Shown: positions 41,823 through 52,191, counted from the stretch's first letter. The stretch: DNA of 64,000 bases from an uncultured bacterium (GCA_943787795.1 CALSNU010000001.1:288001-352000), one strand, 5' to 3'. The notes: generated from the sequence alone by a model not told the origin. Made by a program: numbers and translations.

Positions 41823-43439
41823 TCAACCGCCAGCTGGCAGGACGCGGGCCAGCACGAAGCGCGTGCGGCCAGAGGTGGTCCTCAAGAGCTCTGCGATGGG
41901 AGGGGGAGCACCGACACCCGTCTCGACCGCCTCGGCTTGGCGGAGGTCGAGCAAGACCAGCTGGCCCGCGGCCGGCCACGGGCCATCGAGCTGGAACCGG
42001 CGCCAGGGGTGGTCGAGCAGGAAGTGGAGGTTGGAGTGGGTGTCGAACCAGTCGACGTGGAGCACCTCGCCCTCCTGGAGGAACGGGGCCAGCTCCTGAG
42101 CGGCGGCCCCCATGGCGCGGCGTTCGGCTCGACGGAGGTCCGTGCCCACGGCGATCGCTCCGAAGAGCGCGAGGGCGCAGCTCGCCATCGACGCCGCGCC
42201 GATGGACCCATCCGGGAGCCAGCGCCGGGAGCGGATGGAGCGAAGCGTGAGGCCGATGGCGGGGAGGCTCACCATGAGGGCCAGCGCCCGCGCGGAGGGA
42301 GGCGCGTGCGCTCCAAAGGCGTTCAGCGCCGCGGCGAGGCCGAGGCCTCCCGCGAGTGGTGGCAGCAGGCCGAAGGCGCGGAGCCGTATCCGCTCGGCTG
42401 ATGCTCCGGTGAGCTGCAGCGCGACGAGCGCGCCGACGGGAGCTGCCAGAGGGAGGAGGTAGCGCAGGCTCGTGCGCGGCACGAGCATGAAGACCACCGT
42501 GCCAGCCACCACAAAGGCCAATAGCGCGCGGCGAAGCGCGCGCTCCCCATCGTCGCCCTGGATCTTCACCAGGGGGAGCGCCAGGGACCACGGGGCGAAC
42601 AGCAGCATGACGGCCAGAGGGGCCGTCAACACTGCGAGCAGCCGCTCGACGGACCACGCCAGCGCGCGGTCGCTGCCCTCAGCCAGGGGCTGGGCGAAGG
42701 CCGCGGCCCCTGCGTCTTGCCAGGCCATGAGGGCCCAGGTCCCGATGGTGGCGAGCGATAGAGCCCAGGAGAGGCAGGCCATCGGCTGCACGAGGCGTCT
42801 CAGCCCGCCGGTGGCCCACGCGGCGGCGAGGAGGCCAGGGACGAAGAAGCCGACAGCCGGCGCGCCCTTCGACAGGAACCCGACCGTGAACCCGGCGCCG
42901 ACGAGGAGCCAGCGGCGCGGGCTGGAGACCGGGGCTGCGAGCTGGACCGCCGAGGCGAGGATGGCGACCCCGAGCCCGGCGGCCAGCAGCCCGTCGAACT
43001 CCGCGATGCGGATCTTCTGCAGGGTCAGGACCCCCGTGGCCCCGGCGAAGGCGGCCCAGGCCGCGCGGCGGAACCCGACCACGGGCGCGAGCACCCGGGC
43101 GCCGAGCCACGGACCCAGGATGGCGATCAGTGCGAAGGGCAGACGCAGGGCAAGGACGGTCTCGCCCAGCAGGCGAAAGCTAGCTGCCACCAGCCAGTAG
43201 GCCAGCGGAGGCTTGAAGGTGTAGAGCTCCCCGTAGAGCTGGGGGACCGCCCAGCTCCCCTCGCGGAGCATGTGCCGTGCGCCGGAACCGACGATGCCCT
43301 CCATGGTGACGACGGGGGCGAGGTCAAGTTGCGCGAGCGCCACGACCGCCAGCCCCAGGAGCAACAGGACCTCCGCTCGAAGGCGCGCCCCTTTCCCGCC
43401 GCTGAAGCTCACTCGCGCGGCGTTCCTGGCTGCGGTCAA
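41823..43439 (-). CDS. ArnT/PMT-type (GT-C fold) membrane glycosyltransferase; start approximate
   Basis: W.VP.LYGE..TFKPPLAYWL, LRLP, EFD, LSKG, RYLLPL; many TM helices. Confidence 0.85.
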   Translation of the reverse strand: MTAARNAARVSFSGGKGARLRAEVLLLLGLAVVALAQLDLAPVVTMEGIVGSGARHMLREGSWAVPQLYGELYTFKPPLAYWLVAASFRLLGETVLALRLPFALIAILGPWLGARVLAPVVGFRRAAWAAFAGATGVLTLQKIRIAEFDGLLAAGLGVAILASAVQLAAPVSSPRRWLLVGAGFTVGFLSKGAPAVGFFVPGLLAAAWATGGLRRLVQPMACLSWALSLATIGTWALMAWQDAGAAAFAQPLAEGSDRALAWSVERLLAVLTAPLAVMLLFAPWSLALPLVKIQGDDGERALRRALLAFVVAGTVVFMLVPRTSLRYLLPLAAPVGALVALQLTGASAERIRLRAFGLLPPLAGGLGLAAALNAFGAHAPPSARALALMVSLPAIGLTLRSIRSRRWLPDGSIGAASMASCALALFGAIAVGTDLRRAERRAMGAAAQELAPFLQEGEVLHVDWFDTHSNLHFLLDHPWRRFQLDGPWPAAGQLVLLDLRQAEAVETGVGAPPPIAELLRTTSGRTRFVLARVLPAGG

Positions 43440-43704
43440 GGGGTCATCCTTGGGTCTGGAGGGGGGAGGTTCAGCGCCCCGAACCGCGGGCCGCTCGGGG
43501 CCTTCGCCGTGGGCTTCAAGCCATCGGCTCTGCGTGGAGACGTTATCAAACGGCCGCCTCAGGTGAAGTCCGGGGCCACCACGTGGGTGCCGTGAAGACC
43601 GAGAGAGGGCGCCAGGCCGTGGAGGCCTGGCGCCCCCCCCCGAGGCGACCTGCGCCGAGCCCGGCGGCGTCCCGATGGATCTTGCCGCTGGCCCGCCGCG
43701 AGTC

Positions 43705-45633
43705 CTACTGGAAGAGCAGCGAGCTCGCGTTCGTGAAGTTGAGTCCGCCGGACTGCGGCAGGTCTCGGTGCGCGAACTGCGCGTACCAGGTGGTGCCGGG
43801 CAAGACCCCTCCGCCGGCGATAGGCAGCTGCGCGATATCGATGAGCTCGACGGCGGCGCCGTCGGCGCTCGTGGTCTGAATCCCAAGCCGGATCAGGTTG
43901 CCGCTGAGGCAGAGGACGCCGCCGCCGAGCGGCGTCATCTGGGAGGCGTCTGCGAGAACGAAGAGGCCAGCGGAGCTGGGAGGGAGGCGCCGTGCGTGCA
44001 GCTCAAGGTCGTCCTCGCTCACCCGGGTCGACCCGAGGGCGAAGAGCTCACCGGCGCTCCCGGTTGAGTTCGAGAGGGAGCCGCAGCTGAACGCCTCCCG
44101 CGACACGAGGTCGATCGAGTCGATCCATCCGGCGCCGTTCGGGATTCCGACCCCGAACGCCGCGGCGTGGTCTGGGTGGACGGCGACGCCGTCGCACCAG
44201 GGGAACCACCCGGGCAGGCCGGAGTCGACCTCGAGGCGTGCTTGGAGGGTCCTCACGTCCACGACGAGGTATCGATTCGACGACGCGACGACGGCGTAGG
44301 CACCGTCCGGAGTCAGGTCGACGTCCACGGGCCAGCCCTCGATCTGGTCCGTGAAGATCGGCGTCGGGGCCGGCCCCGCGGTGAGGTCATAGAGCCGCAG
44401 ACGCGTGGTCTCGCCGGACGGCGCGATCACCGCGGCGAGCTCATTGGTGCAGACCACCGAGTCGAGCCCGGCGTAGATCCCGGAGTGTGTGGCCGGGAAC
44501 GGGCGAGAGTTCGTGATCGAGAGCCCGCCGCCGCCTGTCGGGAGGTTCCCGAGGTTGAACTCGTAGATCCTCCGGCCGGTCTGGACGAGCAGCGTCTCAC
44601 CGTCCGGCGTCACCGTCAGGTCGCGCGGCGAACCGGTCAGCAGGGCGAACCAGTTCGTCCCACCGTGGTCTTGAACGTTGAGGTACCCGCCAGCGGTGCT
44701 CGGGCCGCCCAGGGTGATCGTCGCCCATACGCTGTCCGTCATGACCACCGTGTCGAAGGCCGTCTCGAGGTACGGCCCGGTCGGGCCAGGGAAGCTCGTG
44801 ACGCGCCGGACGATCTGGGTGTTCGTTCCATCAAGTCGGATGAGCGCGACCTCGTCCTCGGCGCGGACCGTCGCGTACTGACCGTCCGGTGAGACGGCGA
44901 CGTCCATCGGGCGACCGGCGAGCTGGTCGAGCGGGAGGGTGTCCAGCACGACGCGTGGTCCGCCGCCGGCGGGCGGGACCAGCTCGACCACGAGGACCGA
45001 CGTGTCGCCACTGTTGGGGTCGATGGAGAGGGAGACCCCGTGGTCCGCAGTGACGGCGACCATGTCGTTCCCAAGCTCGGCGTTGATGCCCGGCGGCTCC
45101 GAAGGTTCGTTCAGCAGGATCGCGCCGCCCGCCAGGTCAATCACGAACGTCCCGCTCGCTCCTGTTCCGCCGAAACGCGAGCCGCCTCGGACGACGGCGA
45201 GCCTCCCGTCGGGCGTCAGTTCGACGTCACGGGGCCGGAACCCGCAGTCGATCTCGGTGATCAGCGTGGGAGGCGTCGTGGTCAGGTCGATCAGCTGAGC
45301 CTGCGAGCCGAGCGTCAGCGCCCGCACGTTGGAGACGGCGACGGCGTCGTTCGCCGGGCCCGAGCCGCCCACCAGTAGCGACGCGGGGGTGGAGTAGACG
45401 AGCTGCCCCGTCTCGAGCTCGACGATGAAGGTCACCGTGGCGCTGGCGGTGGTCCGACCGATCGCATAGCGGCCGTCCGGTGTGATCTCAACGTCGTCGA
45501 CCCCGAGGTTCGAGCGGTCCGCGAAGGAGGTGAACTGTGCCAACGCCGGCGTCGATAGCAGGGCTCCGACCGGGAGCGCGAACGCGACCCCGAGCGGGCG
45601 GAGGGTCCTGGGGAGCAGCTCGGAGAGCCTCAT
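43705..45633 (-). CDS. Secreted beta-propeller (YncE-like) with the shared C-terminal domain
   Basis: Signal peptide; repeated PRDV.LTPDG-type blades; C-terminal C..NSTG...LCLSG...GTTWYAQFAHRD...NFTN. Confidence 0.8.
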   Translation of the reverse strand: MRLSELLPRTLRPLGVAFALPVGALLSTPALAQFTSFADRSNLGVDDVEITPDGRYAIGRTTASATVTFIVELETGQLVYSTPASLLVGGSGPANDAVAVSNVRALTLGSQAQLIDLTTTPPTLITEIDCGFRPRDVELTPDGRLAVVRGGSRFGGTGASGTFVIDLAGGAILLNEPSEPPGINAELGNDMVAVTADHGVSLSIDPNSGDTSVLVVELVPPAGGGPRVVLDTLPLDQLAGRPMDVAVSPDGQYATVRAEDEVALIRLDGTNTQIVRRVTSFPGPTGPYLETAFDTVVMTDSVWATITLGGPSTAGGYLNVQDHGGTNWFALLTGSPRDLTVTPDGETLLVQTGRRIYEFNLGNLPTGGGGLSITNSRPFPATHSGIYAGLDSVVCTNELAAVIAPSGETTRLRLYDLTAGPAPTPIFTDQIEGWPVDVDLTPDGAYAVVASSNRYLVVDVRTLQARLEVDSGLPGWFPWCDGVAVHPDHAAAFGVGIPNGAGWIDSIDLVSREAFSCGSLSNSTGSAGELFALGSTRVSEDDLELHARRLPPSSAGLFVLADASQMTPLGGGVLCLSGNLIRLGIQTTSADGAAVELIDIAQLPIAGGGVLPGTTWYAQFAHRDLPQSGGLNFTNASSLLFQ

Positions 45634-45988
45634 GGGCAGGCCGATGGGCTGGGGACGGCGGTGCGAGCGGAGGGGGTTGGTCATGACGGTCTCATGCGGG
45701 TGTGGCGGGAAACAGCCGGGCTCGGTGATAGCCGGTGCCGTCTCCTGGGTCACTCTGTCACGTGAACTCTTGGCGGGGAGGCTGGTGCGGACGACGGATC
45801 ACGGATGCTGACGGGAAGGCGGCGTCTGGCCGTGGGCAACCTCGCGGCCATCGCGTCGCCGGATGTCCGGGCCGCGTCCGCCCAGAGGCGAGGCGTCGGA
45901 GGGCGCAGCGGCGGGCGCGTAGGCGGCGAGTCTGGGTCATGGGATCGACCGGCTGCACCGTATCGCTCGCTCCGGCCGACCGACCCTC

Positions 45989-46867
45989 TCAGGCCGTTCT
46001 GGGCCAGCGGAGGCGTTCATTCCAGGGTCCAGGCGGAGGCTGCCCCCGGAGACGCACGGGCTCTCGTAGCAGCCTGGCGAGGAGCGCTCCGCGGTGGCGC
46101 CGGGCGGCGGGTAGGAGGTCGCGGCGGGCAGGCTGGCCATGGTCGACGCGGGCCCGCACGTAGGCCTCGAGCAGGAGCTGCTGCTCTGGTGTGGACCACA
46201 GGTCCATGCCGTCAAGCAAGAGGCAAGCCAGGTCATACGCGGGCCCCCGGAGCGAGGCGTGCGGGGCCGCGCGCCAGCTATCCACAAAGACGAGCCGTCG
46301 CGCGGCGGTGGGGGGCAGGACGAGGATGTTCCTCGGGAAGAGGTCGCGATGGATGAAGCCCAGCGCGTGCATGCGGCCGACCTCTCCGCCCAGCTCTCTC
46401 GCGAGGCTGCGCCGGCTCCCCTCATCGGCGCTCGTCAGGGGCCGATCTTCGTTCCGGTCGTCGAGGCTCTCCGGCGCACTGCCCAGGGCCGCGTCCAACT
46501 CCTGCACGCCCGAGAGCTGTTCGAGGATGAGGGCCTGGTAGCGGGGGAGGCCACCGCGCCAGAGGACCCCGGCGGCGAGGGCGCGTGGGACCTGGAAGCC
46601 GCGCTCTGCCAGCCAGCGGAGGTTCTCGTACTCACGAACCCTGGGGAGGGGCTGACCCCAGAGGCGGCGCAGCGCATGACGGCGCGCTGCCGAACCCGAC
46701 AGGGGGCTTGCCTTGGCGAAGACCGGCGCTCCGCCGGGTTCGACCACTCCGGTGAAGGGCCGGGGTGCACGCGCCTCCACCAGCCGGATGAGGTCGCGCT
46801 TCGCCTCCGTGGTGCCCCACAGCACGAGGGTGCCCCCCTCCAGGCGCATGCGCTGGTCAGCGCCCAT
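45989..46867 (-). CDS. Lipopolysaccharide kinase (InaA/WaaP/Kdo-kinase family)
   Basis: REYENL..L...GF.VP, MHALGFIHRDLFPRNIL, FVD, DLACL; alternative start at 46849. Confidence 0.85.
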   Translation of the reverse strand: MGADQRMRLEGGTLVLWGTTEAKRDLIRLVEARAPRPFTGVVEPGGAPVFAKASPLSGSAARRHALRRLWGQPLPRVREYENLRWLAERGFQVPRALAAGVLWRGGLPRYQALILEQLSGVQELDAALGSAPESLDDRNEDRPLTSADEGSRRSLARELGGEVGRMHALGFIHRDLFPRNILVLPPTAARRLVFVDSWRAAPHASLRGPAYDLACLLLDGMDLWSTPEQQLLLEAYVRARVDHGQPARRDLLPAARRHRGALLARLLREPVRLRGQPPPGPWNERLRWPRTA

Positions 46868-47468
46868 GGACGGTGGCGGCGACGAAGGTCTGGGGAGAGA
46901 GGTACCGGAAGGAGGCGGCATGACCCACGACTCGCGCCCCGGCGCTCTCGAAGTCCGCGCGCAGCGCCGCGCGCGGAACGGCGAGGCGCGTGTCGGCTTG
47001 CCGCGCCCGCCGCAGGCCTTTGCGTCTCCGCAGGGCATGCCAGCTCCTCGAGTCCCAGAAGGACGCGATGACGACGCCCTTGCAGACCCGGACCAGCTCC
47101 CCGATAGCCTGGTGCCGCTCGGCGGGGCCGAGGTGGTGCAGGAGCCTGCAGCAAACCACGGTGTCGAAGTGATCGTCGGGGAAGGGCAGGGCATGCACCT
47201 CCCCCTGGACCCGCTCGCCGCCGCACTCGGCCAGCATGCTGGCCGAGTAGTCCAGGGCGAGGTACTCCCGGCCGGGCTCCAGGGCCGCCTGCAGACGCCC
47301 GGTTCCAGAGGGCGCGTCCAGGATGCTCCCGCCGGGTGAGCCGTGGCGGTCGAGCAGTCCGAGGACCATCCGGGCATCACGGCCCCGGGACCGCGGACTC
47401 CGAAAGCGGTCCCCCGCGTAGTGTCGGCCAGCGCCCTCTCCGGTCCACTTCGTCTGCGCACGGGCCAT
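46857..47468 (-). CDS. Class I SAM-dependent methyltransferase
   Basis: ILDAPSGTGR, LDYSASML, LPFPDDHFDTVVCCRLLHH, ELVRV. Confidence 0.9.
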   Translation of the reverse strand: MARAQTKWTGEGAGRHYAGDRFRSPRSRGRDARMVLGLLDRHGSPGGSILDAPSGTGRLQAALEPGREYLALDYSASMLAECGGERVQGEVHALPFPDDHFDTVVCCRLLHHLGPAERHQAIGELVRVCKGVVIASFWDSRSWHALRRRKGLRRARQADTRLAVPRAALRADFESAGARVVGHAASFRYLSPQTFVAATVHGR

Positions 47469-48125
47469 CGCTCCAGTATGCCCGCGCCCGGTGACGCCCG
47501 GCGAGATCTTGGCCCTGCAGCCAGCCGAACTCGTAGGCGACGGCCGTGGATCACACGGCGTCCTGCGCCCACGCAGGAGCCAAGGCGCCGGTGCCCAAGG
47601 GGCACCGCACGCGCCTGGGTCATCGCGCTCGCGGTGGCGAGCGCGCCTTCCGGGGAGTCCGACCTACCCCGCCAGGGATCGAGCCTTGCCCCTGGTGGAT
47701 CCATGATCGATGCCTCCACGCCTCTCTGGCGCGACCGAAGGGCTGCCCGCTGCGCCAGGTGCCTGCAGGGTGGGTGGGCGAGCCAGGTGGACAGGTTTAG
47801 GGGTTTACCCTTACCGGGTGCCGCGGGGCGCCCTACGATCGAGGCGTCTTGAATCCAGGACCGTGGGGCCTGGATCTGCTCTCAACGCCATCCGCCCCGG
47901 GCTGCCCATGGAGACAACTCGCAGGTCGACCTGCGTCCTCGCCGCCGGATGCGCGAGCCTCGCCGCTCGCGCCCACCACGGTGATGACCATCCGGCCCGG
48001 GGTCTCGACGGCCCGACCGCCGCAACGGTCCCGGGGGCGCTTTGACGTTGCACTTCCTACCCCGGCCTGGGGATGACCATGGACTTCCGAGCGATCGGGC
48101 AGACCACCTGGGATCGAAGAACCTG

Positions 48126-49619
48126 ATGGCTGGGTTGAGGGAGCGGCCCATCCACTCCGCCGAGCCCGTCCACTCCGCTGAGCCCATCCACTCCGCTGAG
48201 CCCATCCACTCCGCTGAGCCCGTCCACTCCGCTGAGCCCATCCACTCCGCCAAGAATGAGGATCGGATCGGCAAGTTCCGCCTCGTCCGTGAGATCGGCC
48301 GCGGCGCCATGGGCGTGGTCTACGAGGCCTTCCAGGACGACCTTCAGCGCTGCGTCGCCCTGAAGGTGATCGCGCCAGGGGTGCTCGACGCGAGGCCCAA
48401 CGCTCAGGAGGCGTTCGAGACCGAGGCGAGGCTGGCCGCCAGCGTTCGCCACCCGGGGGTGGTCTCGGTCCACGAGGTCGGCTTCGCCGATGGCCGCGCG
48501 TACCTGGCGATGGAGTTCGTGGAGGGCGATTCGCTCGGCGCAGCATCGGCGCCGATGCACCCGAGGGAGCTGGCGCGGGTCACGCTCGAGATCGCGCGCG
48601 CCGTGTCGGCTCTGCATGAGGGCGGCATCGTGCACCGCGACCTGAAGCCCGATAACGTCCTCATGGACCGCGACGGGCGGGCGCGCGTGACGGACTTCGG
48701 GCTGGCGTTCCTGCATGGCGAGAGCGGCGTCGAGGTCGCGGGCACACCGGGGTTCATGGCGCCTGAGCAGCTGCGTGCCGGGTTTGGCCCCGTCGGAGAA
48801 GGCAGCGACGTCTACGCGCTGGGCGCGGTGATGCACTCGCTGATGACCGGGCAGCACCCCAACGCCGCGAAGCGGGTGATCGATGTTGTGATCGCCACGG
48901 TTGAGCGCGACCTCCCGGTCGTTCTCCCAGCGGCTGGTGTCCCGGCCGAGCTGTCGGCCATCTGTCGGCGATGTCTCGAGCGTCGCGTGGAGGACCGCTA
49001 TGCCAGTGCGGCGGCGGTCGCCGATGACCTGGAGAGATGGTTGCGAGGAGACGCGCCCGAGGCGACGCCGCCGGGGCGACTGCGACAGGCGCAGTCGTTC
49101 TTCCGTCGCCGGCGGATGCTGGCCGGGCGGGTGCTCGCCCTGTTCGCCTTCGGAATGCTGTCGCTCCTGAACTACGCGATCCTCGGGGTGATGGAGGCGG
49201 GCTACTTCTTCCGCGTCATCGCCGTGCTCGGGTTGCTCGTGATGGCCTCCGTGCTGCTGGACTGGATGAATCGTCGCGGCTCGTTCTTGCGTCAAACGCC
49301 CTACGTCTGGCCGCTGCTCGATTGCGTCGGGTTGACCTGGGTCCTGCATGTCGGGGACGGCCTCGACTCGTCGCTGATCGTCCTGTATCCGATGTTGATC
49401 GTCATGACGGGCTCCTGGCTCGACCGCTCGGTGGTGTTCGTGACCATGGCCCTGGCCATGCTCGCTTACGCCTCGGGGATCGCCCTGGGCACGAGCGAGG
49501 TGGCTGGCATCGAGCAGCACCTCGCTGTCATGACAACGCTCCTTGTGACCGCGTTACTGATGGGCATGCAAGTCGAGCGCACTCGTGCGCTGCGCGAGTA
49601 CGCGTCGAGCCGCTGGTAG
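48126..49619 (+). CDS. Hanks-type Ser/Thr protein kinase with a multi-TM C-terminus
   Basis: IGRGAMGVVY, VALK, HRDLKPDN, DFG, GTPGFMAPE, DVYALG; five or six C-terminal TM helices. Confidence 0.92.
   Translation: MAGLRERPIHSAEPVHSAEPIHSAEPIHSAEPVHSAEPIHSAKNEDRIGKFRLVREIGRGAMGVVYEAFQDDLQRCVALKVIAPGVLDARPNAQEAFETEARLAASVRHPGVVSVHEVGFADGRAYLAMEFVEGDSLGAASAPMHPRELARVTLEIARAVSALHEGGIVHRDLKPDNVLMDRDGRARVTDFGLAFLHGESGVEVAGTPGFMAPEQLRAGFGPVGEGSDVYALGAVMHSLMTGQHPNAAKRVIDVVIATVERDLPVVLPAAGVPAELSAICRRCLERRVEDRYASAAAVADDLERWLRGDAPEATPPGRLRQAQSFFRRRRMLAGRVLALFAFGMLSLLNYAILGVMEAGYFFRVIAVLGLLVMASVLLDWMNRRGSFLRQTPYVWPLLDCVGLTWVLHVGDGLDSSLIVLYPMLIVMTGSWLDRSVVFVTMALAMLAYASGIALGTSEVAGIEQHLAVMTTLLVTALLMGMQVERTRALREYASSRW
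48147..48254 (+). repeat. Tandem repeat, 6 x 18 bp, encoding (P[IV]HSAE)n
   Basis: cccRtccactccgcYgag units in frame at the kinase N-terminus. Confidence 0.92.
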
Positions 49620-49620
49620 G

Positions 49621-49695
49621 GCGCGACGGCTGCGGATGCGACGGCTGAGGATGCGACAGCTGCAGACGCGACGGCTGCGGACGCAGCGGCTGCCC
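49621..49695. repeat. Tandem repeat, 5 x 15 bp (aYgcgacggctgcgg), right after the kinase stop
   Basis: Units at 49621, 49636, 49651, 49666 and 49681. Confidence 0.85.
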
Positions 49696-49885
49696 CCCCC
49701 GAGTCACCATCACCGGAGCGTCACGGCGACCGCGTCCTCCGCGTTGGAGGTGTTCTGCTCGCCGCTCGCGTCCCGGTGCGCCTTGAGGGGTTCAACTCCC
49801 CGGACGGCCCAGCTGTCGCAGGTCGGTCGGCCTGCCGTGTTGTCACGTGCCGGGCCCCTCCTCGGCATTCGCTAGTCTCTCGCCC

Positions 49886-50878
49886 ATGCAAGGACCAGCA
49901 TTCCAGGCCAGGGCCAAGCTCGAAGCGATGGCTTGCGAGGCCACCGGCGCGACTCGAACTCTCTCGTGCGAGGTGGTTCAGAGTCTCTGGAGTGGCTACG
50001 GGCAGATCCTCCGCTTCGAGCTCGGGGGGGGCACCTGTTCGAGCGTGGTGGTCAAGCACGTGAAGTGGCCGACGGCACGCGACCATCCCCGCTCGTGGAA
50101 CTCGGACCTTGGCCACGAGCGCAAGGTCCATTCCTACGTGGTGGAGACGGCCTGGTACCGAGACCATGCAGAGTCATGTGGGCCCGCTTGCCGCGTCCCC
50201 CGATGTCTGGCGCTCGCGGCCGACGGCGACGAGGTCTACATGGTCCTGGAGGACCTCGACGCGGCAGGCTACGGCCGTCGGTCGAGCGACCCGAGTCCGG
50301 CCCAGCTCGAGGCGTGCCTGTCCTGGCTGGCGAACTTCCATGCGAGGTTCCTGGGCATAGAGAGCCAGGGGCTCTGGCCCATTGGCACCTACTGGCATCT
50401 GGCGACCCGTCCGGAAGAGCTCGCTGCCATCGAGCCGGGGCCCCTGAGGGACGCCGCCCCCGAGCTGGATCGCAGGCTGAACGCGAGCCCGTATCAGACC
50501 TTCGTGCATGGCGACGCCAAGCTGGCGAACTTCTGCTTCTCGGACAGCGGCACCGCCGTCGCGGCGGTGGACTTCCAGTACGTCGGCGCGGGGTGCGGCA
50601 TGAAGGACCTCGCCTACTTCGTCAGCAGCTGCTTCGGCGAGGATCAATGCGAAGCCCGGGAGCAAGAGCTGCTCGACCGGTACTTCCTGCACCTGGAAGC
50701 GGCGCTGGAGCGAGACCAGAGCCCCGTCGAATTCTCCGCCCTGGAGGCCGACTGGCGAGCGCTCTACCCGGTCGCATGGACGGACTTCTATCGCTTCTTG
50801 AAAGGGTGGAGTCCCGACCACTGGAAGATCCACCGCTATAGCGAGCGTCTGGCAAGGCAGGTCTTGGGGCAGCTATGA
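49886..50878 (+). CDS. APH/choline/ecdysteroid-kinase-like phosphotransferase
   Basis: [35 protein letters not shown]. Confidence 0.85.
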   Translation: MQGPAFQARAKLEAMACEATGATRTLSCEVVQSLWSGYGQILRFELGGGTCSSVVVKHVKWPTARDHPRSWNSDLGHERKVHSYVVETAWYRDHAESCGPACRVPRCLALAADGDEVYMVLEDLDAAGYGRRSSDPSPAQLEACLSWLANFHARFLGIESQGLWPIGTYWHLATRPEELAAIEPGPLRDAAPELDRRLNASPYQTFVHGDAKLANFCFSDSGTAVAAVDFQYVGAGCGMKDLAYFVSSCFGEDQCEAREQELLDRYFLHLEAALERDQSPVEFSALEADWRALYPVAWTDFYRFLKGWSPDHWKIHRYSERLARQVLGQL

Positions 50879-51768
50879 GGCTGAGTCCGAGCGACAGGCG
50901 ATGGCTCGCTGGGTCCGCGTGCCGCGCCGCGCGCGAGGCCGGCGACTTCATCCGCGCCTCGCGGCCGGCCATCGTCGAACGCAAGTCGGGGGGCCAAAGC
51001 GAGGCCTCGCAGGTCGTCACGGAGATTGACCGGAGGAGCCAGGAGATCATCCTCGAGGTCCTGCAGGAGAGCGTGACGCGATGCTCGCTCGGTGTGCTGA
51101 GCGAGGAGCTGCACGACGATGGCAGCCGCCTGGAGCGCGACTTCTTCTGGTCCATTGACCCGCTCGACGGGACCCTGCCCTACGTCGAAGCTCGCCCGGG
51201 CTATGCGGTCTCGATCGCGCTCGTCTCCCGCGAAGGGGTCCCCGAGATCGGAGTCATCGTGGATCCCGTCCATGACACTCTTCACTGCGCGATTCGTGGT
51301 GGCGGCATGACCCTTAACGGTGAGCCGTGGTCGCCCCCGCCGCCGAGAGCGAACGTGGGAGTGTCGGTCTTCGCAGATCGGAGCCTCCTGAACCACCCGC
51401 GGTACGCGACCGTCGTGGCGGCCCTCGATACGGGATCTGTGGACTCGGGCAGCACCGGAGCGGGGGTCCTGCTGGGTAGCGGCGCCGTCATGAACGCCTG
51501 CAGGACACTGGAGAGTCCACCTGCCTGCTACTTCAAGTTCCCCAAGGAAGAGGAGGGCGGCGGAGCGCTGTGGGACTTCGCCGCGTCGGCGTGCCTGTTC
51601 ACCGAAGCGGGGGCCGTCGCCACGAACATCCACGGCGGGCCACTGGATCTGAACCGCACGGACGGAACGTGGATGAACCATGAAGGCGTCATCTTTGCGA
51701 CGAGCGACGCCCTCGCGGCACGGATCACGGAGATCTACCGCGATGGGTCCGCGGCACGCGGTACTTGA
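50875..51768 (+). CDS. Inositol monophosphatase / CysQ family phosphatase
   Basis: VTEID..SQ, LSEE, IDPLDGT, WDFAA; ATGA overlap with the kinase gene. Confidence 0.9.
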   Translation: MRLSPSDRRWLAGSACRAAREAGDFIRASRPAIVERKSGGQSEASQVVTEIDRRSQEIILEVLQESVTRCSLGVLSEELHDDGSRLERDFFWSIDPLDGTLPYVEARPGYAVSIALVSREGVPEIGVIVDPVHDTLHCAIRGGGMTLNGEPWSPPPPRANVGVSVFADRSLLNHPRYATVVAALDTGSVDSGSTGAGVLLGSGAVMNACRTLESPPACYFKFPKEEEGGGALWDFAASACLFTEAGAVATNIHGGPLDLNRTDGTWMNHEGVIFATSDALAARITEIYRDGSAARGT

Positions 51769-51787
51769 AGGCCGGGACCCTGATGGG

Positions 51788-52156
51788 ATGCGACGCAAGG
51801 CTCGGCTCGCCGACGGTCACCTGGTCGGCGAACCGGTGGGGAGCCTCAAACTCGTCGATGACCTCGCGAGGGAGAGCCACCTTGAGCCGACACGCTTGGG
51901 GGATCAGGGGCGACCCATCAACGTCGCGTGGGTCTTCCGCGTCGCGATGTGCAGGCTCCTGGCGTCGGCATCCTGGAACGAGATTGGGAACCAGACCGGC
52001 CGGCTTGCGTCTTCGTGTGCGAGCTCGTTCAAGCGTCACCATGCTCGATTGATCGATGGGCACGAGCCATACAGACAGGCCGCGGCTCGTGCTGGCGCTC
52101 TGGTCGCTCAGGCGGTTTCGGGCCAAGAGTCGACCACCGGGCGTTGTGCGCGATAG
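51788..52156 (+). pseudogene. Possible C-terminal HTH remnant of an IS200/Y1 (RAYT-like) transposase
   Basis: MRRKARLADG...SWNEIGNQTGR...HHARL...Y..AAA resembles, from memory only, the HTH tail of planctomycete Y1 transposases. No HUH catalytic part is present. Confidence 0.3.
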
Positions 52157-52191
52157 TTGCTACGACTCCGTACGTCACCGCCGGCGGACGG

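Noticed and set aside
47469..48125. Long divergent intergenic region as a possible ncRNA or riboswitch
   Set aside because: No recognisable RNA motif or convincing ORF; an Rfam/Infernal scan would be needed.
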